In this document: in pieces, positions 10,084 to 19,523 of the stretch
Position numbering within the stretch: the stretch's first letter is position 1
Layout: every line of letters begins with the position of its first letter
Assembly: GCA_031373225.1 (NCBI GenBank)
Contig: JANMMM010000039.1
Coordinates: forward strand, 1 to 61,902
DNA length: 61,902 bases
Source: Phyllobacteriaceae bacterium
GTDB lineage: Bacteria; Pseudomonadota; Alphaproteobacteria; Rhizobiales; Rhizobiaceae
Reading direction: 5' to 3'
Position numbers and translations under genes: made by a program
The notes under the pieces: generated by a model
Databases searched by the model: none
Told to the model about the DNA's origin: nothing
The model's input: the letters and a program-made list of their open reading frames with translations, nothing else

Positions 10084-10120
10084 GCGCAGGGCGGTCTCGG
10101 ATGTACAGGCCGCCCTGCGC
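10084..10120 (+). terminator. intercistronic stem-loop (11-bp perfect stem) between pstS and pstC; possible attenuator
   Basis: The stem is gcgcagggcgg (10084..10094) paired with ccgccctgcgc (10110..10120). No T-tract follows, so it is more likely an mRNA-stabilising or attenuating hairpin than a full terminator. Confidence 0.4.
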
Positions 10121-10171
10121 AAATTCGTTCGCCAATTGATTGTTTCTCGCTTTTGAGTCTAAAGGCCTTTC

Positions 10172-11335
10172 ATGTCGCTGATCTTTGCCTTGCTCATTTT
10201 ACTGATGGTTTCAGGCTCCTTCGTTCTTGGCCGCAGCCGCGCCGGCGCGCTTCAGTCTTCGGCCGGACTTCACTCGCTGCCTTCCTATCATGGCATGCTG
10301 CTGGCGCTTGTGGGCCTGCTTGCCGCGCTTCTGGTCTTTGCGCTGGGGCTGCGCTTTATTCCGGACTATATTCCATGGGTTTCGCTCGCTGCCGGTTTTG
10401 CAGCCGTTGGGGTGTTTTATCAGAAAATCTCTCCTGATTACCGCGCGCGGAACCTGTTTGAGCGAATTACCCTTTGGATACTTGCCGCCTGCGCCACGTT
10501 CGCCATTCTGGTGACAATCGGCATTTTGTTCTCGGTTCTGTTCGAGTCTCTGCGCTTCTTCAGTGAAGTCTCGCCGCTGCATTTTCTGACCAGTCTGCAA
10601 TGGTCGCCAACTTCCGATCCCGCCTCGTTCGGCATTGTGCCGCTGGTCGCAGGAACCTTGCTCATCACAGTTATCGCCATCGCGATCGCCGGCCCTCTCG
10701 GCCTTTTCGGCGCGATCTACATGGCCGAATATGCCTCGCCGCGAATCCGCAGCATCGCCAAACCGCTTCTGGAAATTCTGGCTGGCGTGCCCACCGTTGT
10801 GCTCGGTTTCTTCGCCGCGCTCACAGTCGCGCCGCTGATAAGGGGCTGGGGCGAAAGTTTTGGCCTTTCAGTGTCATCTGAGTCGGCGCTCGCGGCAGGC
10901 GTGGTCATGGGCATGATGATCGTGCCGCTGATCTCCTCCCTGTCGGATGACATCATCAACGCCGTGCCGCAGTCGCTGCGCGACGGGTCTTATGCGATGG
11001 GCGCGACGAAATCCGAGACGATCAAGAAGGTCGTGCTGCCTGCGGCGCTGCCAGGCATTGTCTCCGCCTTTATCCTCGCCATTTCGCGCGCCATCGGCGA
11101 GACGATGATTGTGGTGATGGCCGCCGGCCTTGCCGCCAATCTGACGTTTAATCCGCTGGCTGCCGTGACGACCATCACCGTGCAAATCGCGACGCTCCTT
11201 GTCGGCGACCAGGAGTTTGATTCCGCCAAGACGCTGTCCGCTTTCGCGCTCGGCCTCATCCTCTTCATCTTCACCCTTGTCCTCAACTATATCGCACTGC
11301 GCTTCGTGCAGAAATACCGGGAGCAATATGACTGA
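10172..11335 (+). CDS. pstC: phosphate ABC transporter permease
   Basis: It is a multi-TM protein with an ABC permease EAA-like loop (SRAIGETMIV) and lies between pstS and pstA. Confidence 0.88.
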   Translation: MSLIFALLILLMVSGSFVLGRSRAGALQSSAGLHSLPSYHGMLLALVGLLAALLVFALGLRFIPDYIPWVSLAAGFAAVGVFYQKISPDYRARNLFERITLWILAACATFAILVTIGILFSVLFESLRFFSEVSPLHFLTSLQWSPTSDPASFGIVPLVAGTLLITVIAIAIAGPLGLFGAIYMAEYASPRIRSIAKPLLEILAGVPTVVLGFFAALTVAPLIRGWGESFGLSVSSESALAAGVVMGMMIVPLISSLSDDIINAVPQSLRDGSYAMGATKSETIKKVVLPAALPGIVSAFILAISRAIGETMIVVMAAGLAANLTFNPLAAVTTITVQIATLLVGDQEFDSAKTLSAFALGLILFIFTLVLNYIALRFVQKYREQYD

Positions 11336-12812
11336 GTTCACGATGAAAGGCGGCGCCGAGCTCGTCGCCAAACGCTACCGCGCTGAACGCCGGTTCAAAG
11401 CGCTGGGACTGGCTTCACTTGCGGTAACCGGCCTGTTTCTTGGCTTCCTGATTGTTGACATTATGACGAAGGGCTTCCCGGCCTTTTTCGAACACACAGT
11501 CAAAATGGACGTGATGATCGACCCAGCCAGGATCGACGCGAACGCAATCGCCAAGGGCGACTTTCAGGGCCTTGCCAAGGATGCGCTGCGCGACGCTTTC
11601 CCGGGCGTCAGCGACCGAAGCGGCAGGAAGCAGCTGTCCGCAATTCTTTCCTCTGGCGCTGGCAGCGCGCTGCGGGACTTGGTCATTGCAGATCCAAAGC
11701 TGATTGGGACGAAAGTCAATGTCCCGCTGCTTCTGTCGGGTGACGCAGACCTTTATCTCAAGGGTTATCAGGCCAACCTCGGCAAAAATCCGGGTTCTGC
11801 GGACCTGACCATTTCGGAAGACGGAGACGCTTACAATTTGACCACAAGCGCGCCCTTGGCCGCGGGCCAAATCGTGCGCGCCAATGGCGGGGCGTTCAAG
11901 GTGTTGAGCGCGGGCGATGGCTCAGCAAGGGCGGAAGCCATGGAAAAGCCGGTCAGCATGGAAACAGCGCTAGCGGGAAAATGGGACAGCGTCTCTTTCA
12001 GCACCACCGAGTCCGACCGCCGTTCGTCGGATCGCGAAATTCTCTGGCTCGAGCAGCTGAATGACAATGGCCAGATAGCCAAAGGATTTGCCTGGCGATT
12101 CTTTTCATCAGGCGATTCGCGTGAGCCGGAACTTGCCGGCGTACGCGGCGCGCTGGTTGGCTCACTGCTTGTGATCGCCGTAACGCTTTCCATCTGCCTG
12201 CCCATAGGCGTGGGAGCGGCGCTCTATCTTGAGGAGTTCGCGTCGAAGAACCGTTTCACTGATCTGATCGAAGTCAACATCAACAACCTCGCCGCGGTGC
12301 CCTCCATCATTTTCGGCCTGCTCGGTCTTGCGGTTTTCCTGTCTTTCTTCGGGCTGCCGCGCTCGGCGCCTTTGGTCGGCGGTCTGGTGCTGGCGCTGCT
12401 TGTGCTGCCGACGATCATCATCGCCTCCCGCGCCGCCTTCCGTTCGGTGCCGCCTTCCATCAAGGAAGCGGCGCTCGGCGTCGGCGCGTCGCATCAGCAG
12501 GCGGTGTTCCACCATGTGCTTCCACTCGCCGTTCCCGGCATTCTGACCGGCACAATTTTAGGCATCGCCCGGGCCTTCGGAGAATCCGCGCCTCTCCTTA
12601 TGATTGGCATGATCGCCTTCATCGTCGATGTGCCGAAGGGCTTCACGGATGCGGCAACCGTCATGCCGGTGCAGATTTTCCTTTGGTCCGATCTTCCCGA
12701 GATCGGGTTCCAGTCTAAGACCGCCGCAGCCATCATCGTGCTGCTCGTTGTCCTGTTTTGCTTGAACGCTGTCGCAATTTACTTGCGCAAGCGCTTCGAA
12801 CGCCGTTGGTAG
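11328..12812 (+). CDS. pstA: phosphate ABC transporter permease
   Basis: ATG 11328 overlaps the pstC stop (11333..11335). The long N-terminal periplasmic loop is typical of rhizobial PstA. It has a permease core with [10 protein letters not shown]. Confidence 0.88.
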   Translation: MTEFTMKGGAELVAKRYRAERRFKALGLASLAVTGLFLGFLIVDIMTKGFPAFFEHTVKMDVMIDPARIDANAIAKGDFQGLAKDALRDAFPGVSDRSGRKQLSAILSSGAGSALRDLVIADPKLIGTKVNVPLLLSGDADLYLKGYQANLGKNPGSADLTISEDGDAYNLTTSAPLAAGQIVRANGGAFKVLSAGDGSARAEAMEKPVSMETALAGKWDSVSFSTTESDRRSSDREILWLEQLNDNGQIAKGFAWRFFSSGDSREPELAGVRGALVGSLLVIAVTLSICLPIGVGAALYLEEFASKNRFTDLIEVNINNLAAVPSIIFGLLGLAVFLSFFGLPRSAPLVGGLVLALLVLPTIIIASRAAFRSVPPSIKEAALGVGASHQQAVFHHVLPLAVPGILTGTILGIARAFGESAPLLMIGMIAFIVDVPKGFTDAATVMPVQIFLWSDLPEIGFQSKTAAAIIVLLVVLFCLNAVAIYLRKRFERRW

Positions 12813-12829
12813 TTGAAAGAGAGTCCGCC

Positions 12830-13681
12830 ATGGATGCCATGACAAAAAGAGGGGCTTCAAACGTGAAGACCAAAACCGTTGAAACCCCAATGAAGACGGA
12901 ATTGCCTGCAAAGGCCGCAATGCCCGCGATAAAAATCAAGGCGCGCAATGTCGATGTCCACTATGGCGAAAAGCAGGCCATCAAAGACCTGTCGATCGAC
13001 ATCCCGGCGCGCTCGGTCTCTTCTTTCATCGGCCCTTCGGGCTGCGGCAAGTCGACGTTTCTGCGTTCCATCAACCGGATGAACGACACGATCCCCACCT
13101 GCAAGGTCAAGGGGCTGATCGAAATCGACGGCAAGGACATCTATGACAAGGATCTCGACGTGGTGCAGCTGCGCGCCAATGTCGGCATGGTGTTTCAGAA
13201 GCCCAATCCGTTTCCGAAATCCATCTTCGAAAATGTCGCCTATGGCCCGCGCATACATGGCCTTGCCAAGGGAAAAACCGATCTTGAGGAAATGGTCGTG
13301 TCAGCACTAAAGAAGGCCGGCCTCTTCGAAGAGGTCAAAGACCGGATCAGCCAGCCGGGGACCAGCCTGTCCGGCGGCCAGCAGCAGCGGCTGTGCATCG
13401 CCCGCGCCATAGCGGTGAACCCTGAAATCATCCTGATGGACGAACCCTGTTCTGCGCTCGATCCGATCGCCACCGCCAGGATCGAAGAGCTGATTGACGA
13501 ATTGCGCGAGAATTTCACCATCGTCATCGTCACCCATTCGATGCAGCAGGCGGCGCGCGTCTCGCAGCGCACGGCCATGTTCCACCTTGGCATCCTGGTC
13601 GAGGAGGGGCCGACCGAGCTGATGTTCTCCAATCCCACCCAGAAGCGCACTCAGGACTACATCACCGGCCGCTTCGGCTGA
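12830..13681 (+). CDS. pstB: phosphate ABC transporter ATP-binding protein
   Basis: It has Walker A (GPSGCGKST), the ABC signature (LSGGQQQR) and Walker B (ILMDEP). The start is set at ATG 12830. Confidence 0.95.
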   Translation: MDAMTKRGASNVKTKTVETPMKTELPAKAAMPAIKIKARNVDVHYGEKQAIKDLSIDIPARSVSSFIGPSGCGKSTFLRSINRMNDTIPTCKVKGLIEIDGKDIYDKDLDVVQLRANVGMVFQKPNPFPKSIFENVAYGPRIHGLAKGKTDLEEMVVSALKKAGLFEEVKDRISQPGTSLSGGQQQRLCIARAIAVNPEIILMDEPCSALDPIATARIEELIDELRENFTIVIVTHSMQQAARVSQRTAMFHLGILVEEGPTELMFSNPTQKRTQDYITGRFG

Positions 13682-13703
13682 TCATTTGCAAAGGAACCGA
13701 GCG

Positions 13704-14420
13704 ATGCTCGCACAACATACCGTCCGCTCCTACGATGAAGAGCTGAAATATCTGGCGCAGAAGATCGCCGAAATGGGCGGCCACGGCGAGCGCATGGTGG
13801 ACCAGTCCATCAAAGCGCTGGTCGAGGCGGATAACAAGCTTGCCAAGCAGGTGGTGCTTGATGACCAGTTCATGGACGACACACAGCGTGAAATCGACGA
13901 GAAGGCGATCATGATAATCGCCAAGCGTCAGCCCATGGCGTCGGACCTACGCGAAATCATCGGCGCGATCCGCATTTCCGCTGATCTTGAGCGGGTTGGC
14001 GACATGGGCAAGAACATCGCCAAGCGTAACTCCGCTGTCTCTGAAACCGCGCATCCGCTACGGGTGTTCCGGGGTCTTGAAAATCTGGCGCAGCTGGGGC
14101 TGACCCAGCTGAAAGACGTGCTTGACATCTATGCGTCACGCTCCGTTGACCAGCTCGACCGGGTGCGAAACAGGGATGAGGAGATTGATCAGGTCTACAC
14201 CTCGCTGTTCCGCGAGCTTCTGACCTATATGATGGAGGACCCGCGCAACATTTCCTCCTGCACGCATCTCCTGTTCTGCGCCAAAAACATCGAGCGCATC
14301 GGCGACCATGCGACCAACATTGCCGAGACGATCTATTACATTGAGACAGGCCGGCATATGACGCTCGACCGGCCCAAGGAAGACAAAAGCCACCGCGTTG
14401 TGCTTGAGGAGCCGAAGTGA
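13704..14420 (+). CDS. phoU: phosphate signalling complex protein PhoU
   Basis: It shows two PhoU repeats with E/DxxxD motifs (ADLERVGD, NIERIGDH) and lies between pstB and phoB. Confidence 0.92.
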   Translation: MLAQHTVRSYDEELKYLAQKIAEMGGHGERMVDQSIKALVEADNKLAKQVVLDDQFMDDTQREIDEKAIMIIAKRQPMASDLREIIGAIRISADLERVGDMGKNIAKRNSAVSETAHPLRVFRGLENLAQLGLTQLKDVLDIYASRSVDQLDRVRNRDEEIDQVYTSLFRELLTYMMEDPRNISSCTHLLFCAKNIERIGDHATNIAETIYYIETGRHMTLDRPKEDKSHRVVLEEPK

Positions 14421-14422
14421 GA

Positions 14423-15115
14423 ATGGCGATCAGTCCGCGCATTGCCGTCATTGAGGACGAAGAGGCGCTGAGCATTCTGCTGCGCTATAATCTGGAGGCC
14501 GAGGGCTGGCAGGTCTCGACGATCCTGCGCGGCGATGAGGCGGAGGAGGCACTTCGCCACCAGCCGCCTGACCTCATCATTCTCGACTGGATGCTGCCAG
14601 GTGTGTCGGGCATCGAGCTGTGCCGGCGCTTGCGCAACAAGACCGAAACCAGCCGCGTCCCCATCATCATGCTCACGGCGCGCGGCGAAGAAAGCGAGCG
14701 CGTGCGCGGACTTGCGACGGGAGCGGACGATTATGTGGTCAAGCCCTTTTCAACGCCGGAGCTGATGGCACGTGTCAAAGCGCTGTTGCGCCGCGCAAAG
14801 CCGGAGGTCATCGCTTCTCAGCTGAAAGTCGCCGAGATCGAGCTTGACCGCGACGCACACCGCGTCCGCCGCGGTGCGAGAGAGTTGAAACTCGGTCCGA
14901 CTGAATTCCGGCTGTTGGAATTCCTGATGCGGGCCCCTGGCAGGGTGTTCTCCCGCGCCCAGCTTCTGGACGGTGTCTGGGGCGAAAACATCTATGTCGA
15001 TGACCGCACGGTGGACGTCCATGTCGGACGCTTGCGCAAGGCCGTCAACCGAGGCAAGGAGGCTGACCCAATCCGCACCGTGCGCGGCGCCGGCTACTCA
15101 ATTGAGCACCCGTAG
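14423..15115 (+). CDS. phoB: phosphate regulon response regulator (OmpR family)
   Basis: It has a receiver domain (IAVIEDE, LIILDWMLPG, KPF) and an OmpR-type winged-helix C-terminus (TVDVHVGRLRK, RTVRGAGY). Confidence 0.92.
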   Translation: MAISPRIAVIEDEEALSILLRYNLEAEGWQVSTILRGDEAEEALRHQPPDLIILDWMLPGVSGIELCRRLRNKTETSRVPIIMLTARGEESERVRGLATGADDYVVKPFSTPELMARVKALLRRAKPEVIASQLKVAEIELDRDAHRVRRGARELKLGPTEFRLLEFLMRAPGRVFSRAQLLDGVWGENIYVDDRTVDVHVGRLRKAVNRGKEADPIRTVRGAGYSIEHP

Positions 15116-15183
15116 CGGCAGCCTGTGCGAACTCTGTCTCCCGCTTGCTGCCGAAGACTTGCCGTGTTCGAAACGATCTATAC

Positions 15184-16218
15184 TTACGCCGCCTTCAGCT
15201 TCGGCTTTATCAACCCCCGCGCCACCAGCAGCTCGGCAATCTGCACCGCGTTCAGCGCCGCGCCTTTGCGCAGATTGTCCGAGACGATCCACATGGCAAG
15301 CCCGTTCTCCACCGTGATATCCTCGCGGATGCGGGAAATGTAGGTGGCGTCTTCGCCGGCGCTTTCGACCGGGGTCGCGTAGCCGCCGTCCTCATGACGG
15401 TCGATGACCAGGCACCCCGGAGCGTTCTCGAGCAGCGCCCGCGCCTCTTCCGGCGAGATCGGCTTTTCGAATTCGATGTTCACCGCCTCGGAATGGCCGA
15501 TGAACACCGGCACGCGCACGCAGGTCGCCGTCAGCTTGATTTTCGGATCGAGCATCTTCTTGGTCTCGGCGACCATCTTCCACTCTTCCTTGGTGTAGCC
15601 ATCCTCCATGAACACATCGATATGCGGGATGACATTGAAGGCAATGCGCTTGGTGAACTTCTTGGTGACGACCGGATCGGCGACAAACACGGCGCGGGTT
15701 TGCGTGAACAATTCGTCCATGCCTTCCTTGCCCGCGCCCGACACCGACTGATAGGTCGAGACGACAACGCGCTTGATAATTGCGGCATCATGCAAGGGCT
15801 TCAACGCCACGACCAATTGGGCGGTCGAGCAGTTTGGATTTGCGATGATGTTGCGCTTCGTAAAACCGGTAATCGCGTCCGGGTTCACTTCCGGCACGAT
15901 CAGCGGCACGTTGGAATCGTAGCGGAAGGCCGACGAGTTATCGATGACGACACAGCCCTGCGCCGCAATCTTCGGCGACCAGATCTTTGAGGTCTCACCG
16001 CCCGCCGACATCAGGCAGATGTCGGTGTCGGAGAAATCAAACTGGTCAAGCACTTTGACCTTCAGCGTCCGGTCCCCGTAAGAAACCTCGGTGCCGAGCG
16101 AGCGCCTTGACGCCAACGCCACAACCTCGTCGGCCGGAAAGCCGCGCTCTTCCAGAATGTTCAGCATCTCACGCCCGACATTTCCCGTCGCCCCGGCGAT
16201 TGCCACCTTGAAACCCAT
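15184..16218 (-). CDS. asd: aspartate-semialdehyde dehydrogenase
   Basis: It has the N-terminus MGFKVAIAGATGNVG and the active-site region IANPNCSTAQ. The length is 344 aa. Confidence 0.95.
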   Translation of the reverse strand: MGFKVAIAGATGNVGREMLNILEERGFPADEVVALASRRSLGTEVSYGDRTLKVKVLDQFDFSDTDICLMSAGGETSKIWSPKIAAQGCVVIDNSSAFRYDSNVPLIVPEVNPDAITGFTKRNIIANPNCSTAQLVVALKPLHDAAIIKRVVVSTYQSVSGAGKEGMDELFTQTRAVFVADPVVTKKFTKRIAFNVIPHIDVFMEDGYTKEEWKMVAETKKMLDPKIKLTATCVRVPVFIGHSEAVNIEFEKPISPEEARALLENAPGCLVIDRHEDGGYATPVESAGEDATYISRIREDITVENGLAMWIVSDNLRKGAALNAVQIAELLVARGLIKPKLKAA

Positions 16219-16539
16219 TGTCTTAAATCCTTTTGCCGCTCCCCGCCCAAACCCGTCACTCAGACGTGATTTTCACTCACCCCGCCAGCCCGGGGGAGTG
16301 TCGGGAAGGCTGAGGCGGTCAATCCTGTTTGGTGGTTTTTTTTGATGTGGTTTTAGCGGAGAAAAGGCGGGCATGGCTGCGGGCGGGGCCCGAAGCGGAC
16401 AGCTCGACAATGGCTTGGCGGAAGCCGCGCATGGTTTTTCCTTTTCTGAGCGGTGCTCATACTGGAAATTGGATAAGAGTCAAACCGCCTAAAGGAAAAC
16501 CAGGTAGCCAACGATGGACAAGTCGCCCCAACTGCTTCC

Positions 16540-18807
16540 TCAGCGACCCCACACAGTGCTGTAGCGCTCCAAAACGTTGACAAAGTCAGCCTCACCTGCA
16601 GGGGTAATTGTTCTAGCGCCGATGCTAACTGGCGCGTGTATAAGTGAATACAATTCCCTCGATACCTCCTCCCTAATTGACTCGATGAGCCTAAAGGGTC
16701 CGGAGGCCAGAAAGATATTTGCTAACTCCATATATCTCCCCTTCTTAACATTCACCGCACTCAAACTTTTTTTAACTTGACTCTCCTGACGGAAATTTAC
16801 CTCATTTAATATCCTGACGCTCGAAACAGAATTCACAAATTTCGCTGTGATCCAGTTGATCAAATTCAAGTCTCCGGGCTCGTAAGACTCAATCATTACG
16901 AAAGGAGCAACCTTCTCCAAATTACCCTCAACAACAAATGGTCCGATTGGCGCCCTCATCAAAGCCAAAGATAAGTACGCGATGTCTTTTACATACTTAT
17001 CGAGAATATAAACCAATTTCGGCAGCGGTCTAACTCTCATCCTCATGAGCTCTCGATCAAATTGAAAATACTCTCCGTACAGTGAAATAACATCACTCTC
17101 AGCAAGTTCAATAATTTTCCATCTCAGAATTTCTTCATTGTAACCAAAGAGTCTCCACAAAATATAGCAAATTTCTGCAACACTGACTGGCTGGTAATTC
17201 TTAATCACCTCTCTCTTTGCCTCTATTGCCCTAACCAGTTGTATTATACGCAACGTCAGCGCTATTTCATTTCCAGTATTTACAAATTTCCCACCAAACG
17301 CACTATCATCATACGGATAATCAAATATAGAGGGAATCAATCTGTTGTCAAACAGAGGAATATCGGCAATTCTTTGGGTAAATTTTCCGGCATTCGTGCT
17401 ATAATAATAATACTTCTGCGGATACTTAAATCCTCCTTTCGTCATTGACTCCACAATTTTGTAGGGTGCCAAGACCCCCACTTGCTTTCTCACGCTCATA
17501 ATGTAGTCGTAATACGCCAGTTGAATTGTCTGCATTTGGGCTCGCCTGTTGGGCCCAAAGGCCCTGTGAAGCGCAGCAGCATAATGCTCACTCGTTTCAG
17601 AACGCTCTAAGAACTCCACGAACCCGTCAAAGTGGAGAGGCCAGTCGCTCGTCATCCACTTTTTGCTGGGCGCAAGTCTGGCCACCTCGCTAATTAAAAA
17701 CGCTCTCCTCTGGCTTACAATTTCAACGAGGTCAGATGGTCCGATTTCAAACGTTCGAACAGACTCAACTTTCTTATAGGGGCTTGTTCGTGAAAAACTT
17801 TCTAACGTTGAAGTTCTCATTACTGCGAGCAAGACAAACCCAACCAAGTCAGTGCTGAGGCCGAGAGAAGCGGAGTCACCACAAAGCTTCTCAAATTTTC
17901 GGATTGCTGAACGTGTTGACTCAAGTTTATCAAATCCATCTAAAACAACTACAAACCGAAAGCCCTTGAGCAAAAGGTAAGAATATACTGCCGCGCCTAT
18001 AACCCTAGGAACTAGCCTCTCGTCAAGAGGTTGCTCAGCAGTTTTTCTCCAGAATACATTTTTCATATTCTCGAGAGTATTTGTAAGATTTAGACGAGCT
18101 TCTTGAGATTCCATCCGACTTACATAATCTCGTAAATATTGATCAAGTCCACGTTTTGCTATATCAATATTGGATATCCTATACAATCTTGATTTAGAAT
18201 GGTAATATCTATAAACAATTTTAGAAATTTGTGCGTAAATCCAAGAAAGCAGATCGTTATTTGGAGGAAAGTCTTTGACTAAGTCTAATCGTACCCATAT
18301 AACTGACTGTCTGTCGAGTTTATCGATATATTGCGCCAAAATATAGTTTAAGAAAAAAGTTTTTCCAGAGCCACGGGGACCGTGAACAATAAATGTCCGC
18401 TGAGAAAGATGATTTAAATCAGCACCCCCCTTTGCAGTTTGCTTCGAAAGCTGCCATTGAAAATTCGCTTCTGTAACTACTTGGTCAACAAAAGTGTCAA
18501 CAGCCTTTGAACTGCGATTCACAAAATTTTCTGAATCGGCTTGTTCTTCGATTGCGCGATTAGAAGAAAAAACATAGCTATCCTTAATTGCACTTGTATT
18601 TTCTGGATCACTAGGATTTGAGGTTATGTGCCCAAGCCTCTTTTGCACATGATCCTCCCGTGGCTCTATGTGGTGCGGCCTAAAACTCAATTCATTTCTA
18701 AAGGGATGGCGCGCCACAGGGTCGGATCGATCCGAGCTTAATTTCGTCAGCATGTCACTGTGCTTCATTGGAGACTTCAGCAGCGAGTCTATTTCGGCCT
18801 TATTCAT
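16540..18807 (-). CDS. large P-loop NTPase (755 aa) with ORC/Cdc6-like AAA+ or STAND-like architecture; function unknown
   Basis: Walker A is VHGPRGSGKT (nt 18358..18381, aa 143-150). Walker B is FVVVLDGFD (aa 285-293). A sensor-like LLAVMRTS motif and a lid-like VRTFEIGPSDLVEIVSQRR motif are present. There is a winged-helix-like segment (VSVAEICYILWRLFGYNEEILRWKIIELAESDVISL). The polar N-terminal ~140 aa and the C-terminal ~170 aa match no family I recognise. Confidence 0.8.
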   Translation of the reverse strand: MNKAEIDSLLKSPMKHSDMLTKLSSDRSDPVARHPFRNELSFRPHHIEPREDHVQKRLGHITSNPSDPENTSAIKDSYVFSSNRAIEEQADSENFVNRSSKAVDTFVDQVVTEANFQWQLSKQTAKGGADLNHLSQRTFIVHGPRGSGKTFFLNYILAQYIDKLDRQSVIWVRLDLVKDFPPNNDLLSWIYAQISKIVYRYYHSKSRLYRISNIDIAKRGLDQYLRDYVSRMESQEARLNLTNTLENMKNVFWRKTAEQPLDERLVPRVIGAAVYSYLLLKGFRFVVVLDGFDKLESTRSAIRKFEKLCGDSASLGLSTDLVGFVLLAVMRTSTLESFSRTSPYKKVESVRTFEIGPSDLVEIVSQRRAFLISEVARLAPSKKWMTSDWPLHFDGFVEFLERSETSEHYAAALHRAFGPNRRAQMQTIQLAYYDYIMSVRKQVGVLAPYKIVESMTKGGFKYPQKYYYYSTNAGKFTQRIADIPLFDNRLIPSIFDYPYDDSAFGGKFVNTGNEIALTLRIIQLVRAIEAKREVIKNYQPVSVAEICYILWRLFGYNEEILRWKIIELAESDVISLYGEYFQFDRELMRMRVRPLPKLVYILDKYVKDIAYLSLALMRAPIGPFVVEGNLEKVAPFVMIESYEPGDLNLINWITAKFVNSVSSVRILNEVNFRQESQVKKSLSAVNVKKGRYMELANIFLASGPFRLIESIREEVSRELYSLIHAPVSIGARTITPAGEADFVNVLERYSTVWGR

Positions 18808-19435
18808 CGACGCTCCAATCTTTGAGTAGTGACTTTAACTGACTTAATGCTGTAGCGACAGTGAAGGGACCTTCAATCAGAGACAACTCAAGGTTTTTTT
18901 CAATCAAACTGACTAATTTGCTGAGTGTCACTGGTAGGCAGGGTAATCCAATCGAAGAACCTCCATTCTTCATTGGCAAAACACGTTGATTTTTGAATTT
19001 CATCGGAATTTTTGATGTCTCGATACCCGGAATGTAAACACAGGGGAGTTCAATTTGTTCTTCGGCTCTTACAGCGCGTATTACGGGTTCTCCCACAATT
19101 ACGCTTAAAGACTTAAAAATCTCACCGTGTGCGAATGCGCCTCTAGGGATAAAATCTTTGTCAATCAAAATATCTTGCGCTTCTCTTATGCATTGGAAGT
19201 AGGTGGAGAAGGTATCACTGTCGTATTTTTCAGATTCAAAACAAGTTATAAAAATACTATCAGATAAGACTTGAACTACGAAATTGTTTTTTTTGGTAAT
19301 TTTCTCTATTTCATGAACGCAGTCAGCGAGGTCTTTATATATTTTGGCAGCGCCTCTGGATCTTACCAATGCGCTGAATCCATATATGTCGATGTAGACG
19401 AGCCAGGCATTGCCCTTTTGCATTTGATTGGACAT
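18800..19435 (-). CDS. minimal class III nucleotidyl cyclase-like (cyclase homology domain / Palm fold) protein, 211 aa
   Basis: By eye it aligns to CHD motifs. LVYIDIYGFSAL aligns with FxDIxGFT (metal Asp D16). QVLSDSIFITCF aligns with the GDxxxA strand (D59). PRGAFAHGEIF aligns with RIGIHTG. GEPVIRAVRAEE aligns with G..VNxAxR (Arg123 kept, Asn replaced by Ile119). Its stop codon overlaps the downstream gene's start. Confidence 0.7.
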   Translation of the reverse strand: MSNQMQKGNAWLVYIDIYGFSALVRSRGAAKIYKDLADCVHEIEKITKKNNFVVQVLSDSIFITCFESEKYDSDTFSTYFQCIREAQDILIDKDFIPRGAFAHGEIFKSLSVIVGEPVIRAVRAEEQIELPCVYIPGIETSKIPMKFKNQRVLPMKNGGSSIGLPCLPVTLSKLVSLIEKNLELSLIEGPFTVATALSQLKSLLKDWSVDE

Positions 19436-19494
19436 TGGTTCCTTGCATCCCCTCCGAGGTGTCAGCCCCTTATTTTTTGATATATTTTTTGCTT

Positions 19495-19523
19495 ATCTTC
19501 GGCACGATTTTGTATTCCGTCAA
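19495..19523 (-). promoter_or_regulatory. possible sigma70-type promoter for the island operon
   Basis: On the minus strand there is TTGACG (19523..19518), a 17-nt spacer, then GAAGAT (19500..19495). An AAGGA Shine-Dalgarno sits a few nt before ATG 19435. This is a weak sequence match only. Confidence 0.25.

Noticed and set aside
16329-16595. Small ORFs (83 aa on the plus strand, 80 aa on the minus strand) in the asd-island junction.
   Set aside because: They overlap each other on opposite strands. They have no motifs or ribosome-binding context. They sit where the asd promoter and the island boundary must be.
16540-19435. Calling the island a canonical Pycsar, CBASS or type III CRISPR-like system, or a prophage or IS remnant.
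   Set aside because: The partner protein shows no cNMP-binding (CAP_ED), TIR, SAVED/CARF, nuclease or TM effector module that I can recognise. There is no CD-NTase or Cas gene, no CRISPR repeats, and no integrase, transposase or phage structural gene. It is therefore reported as an unclassified candidate.
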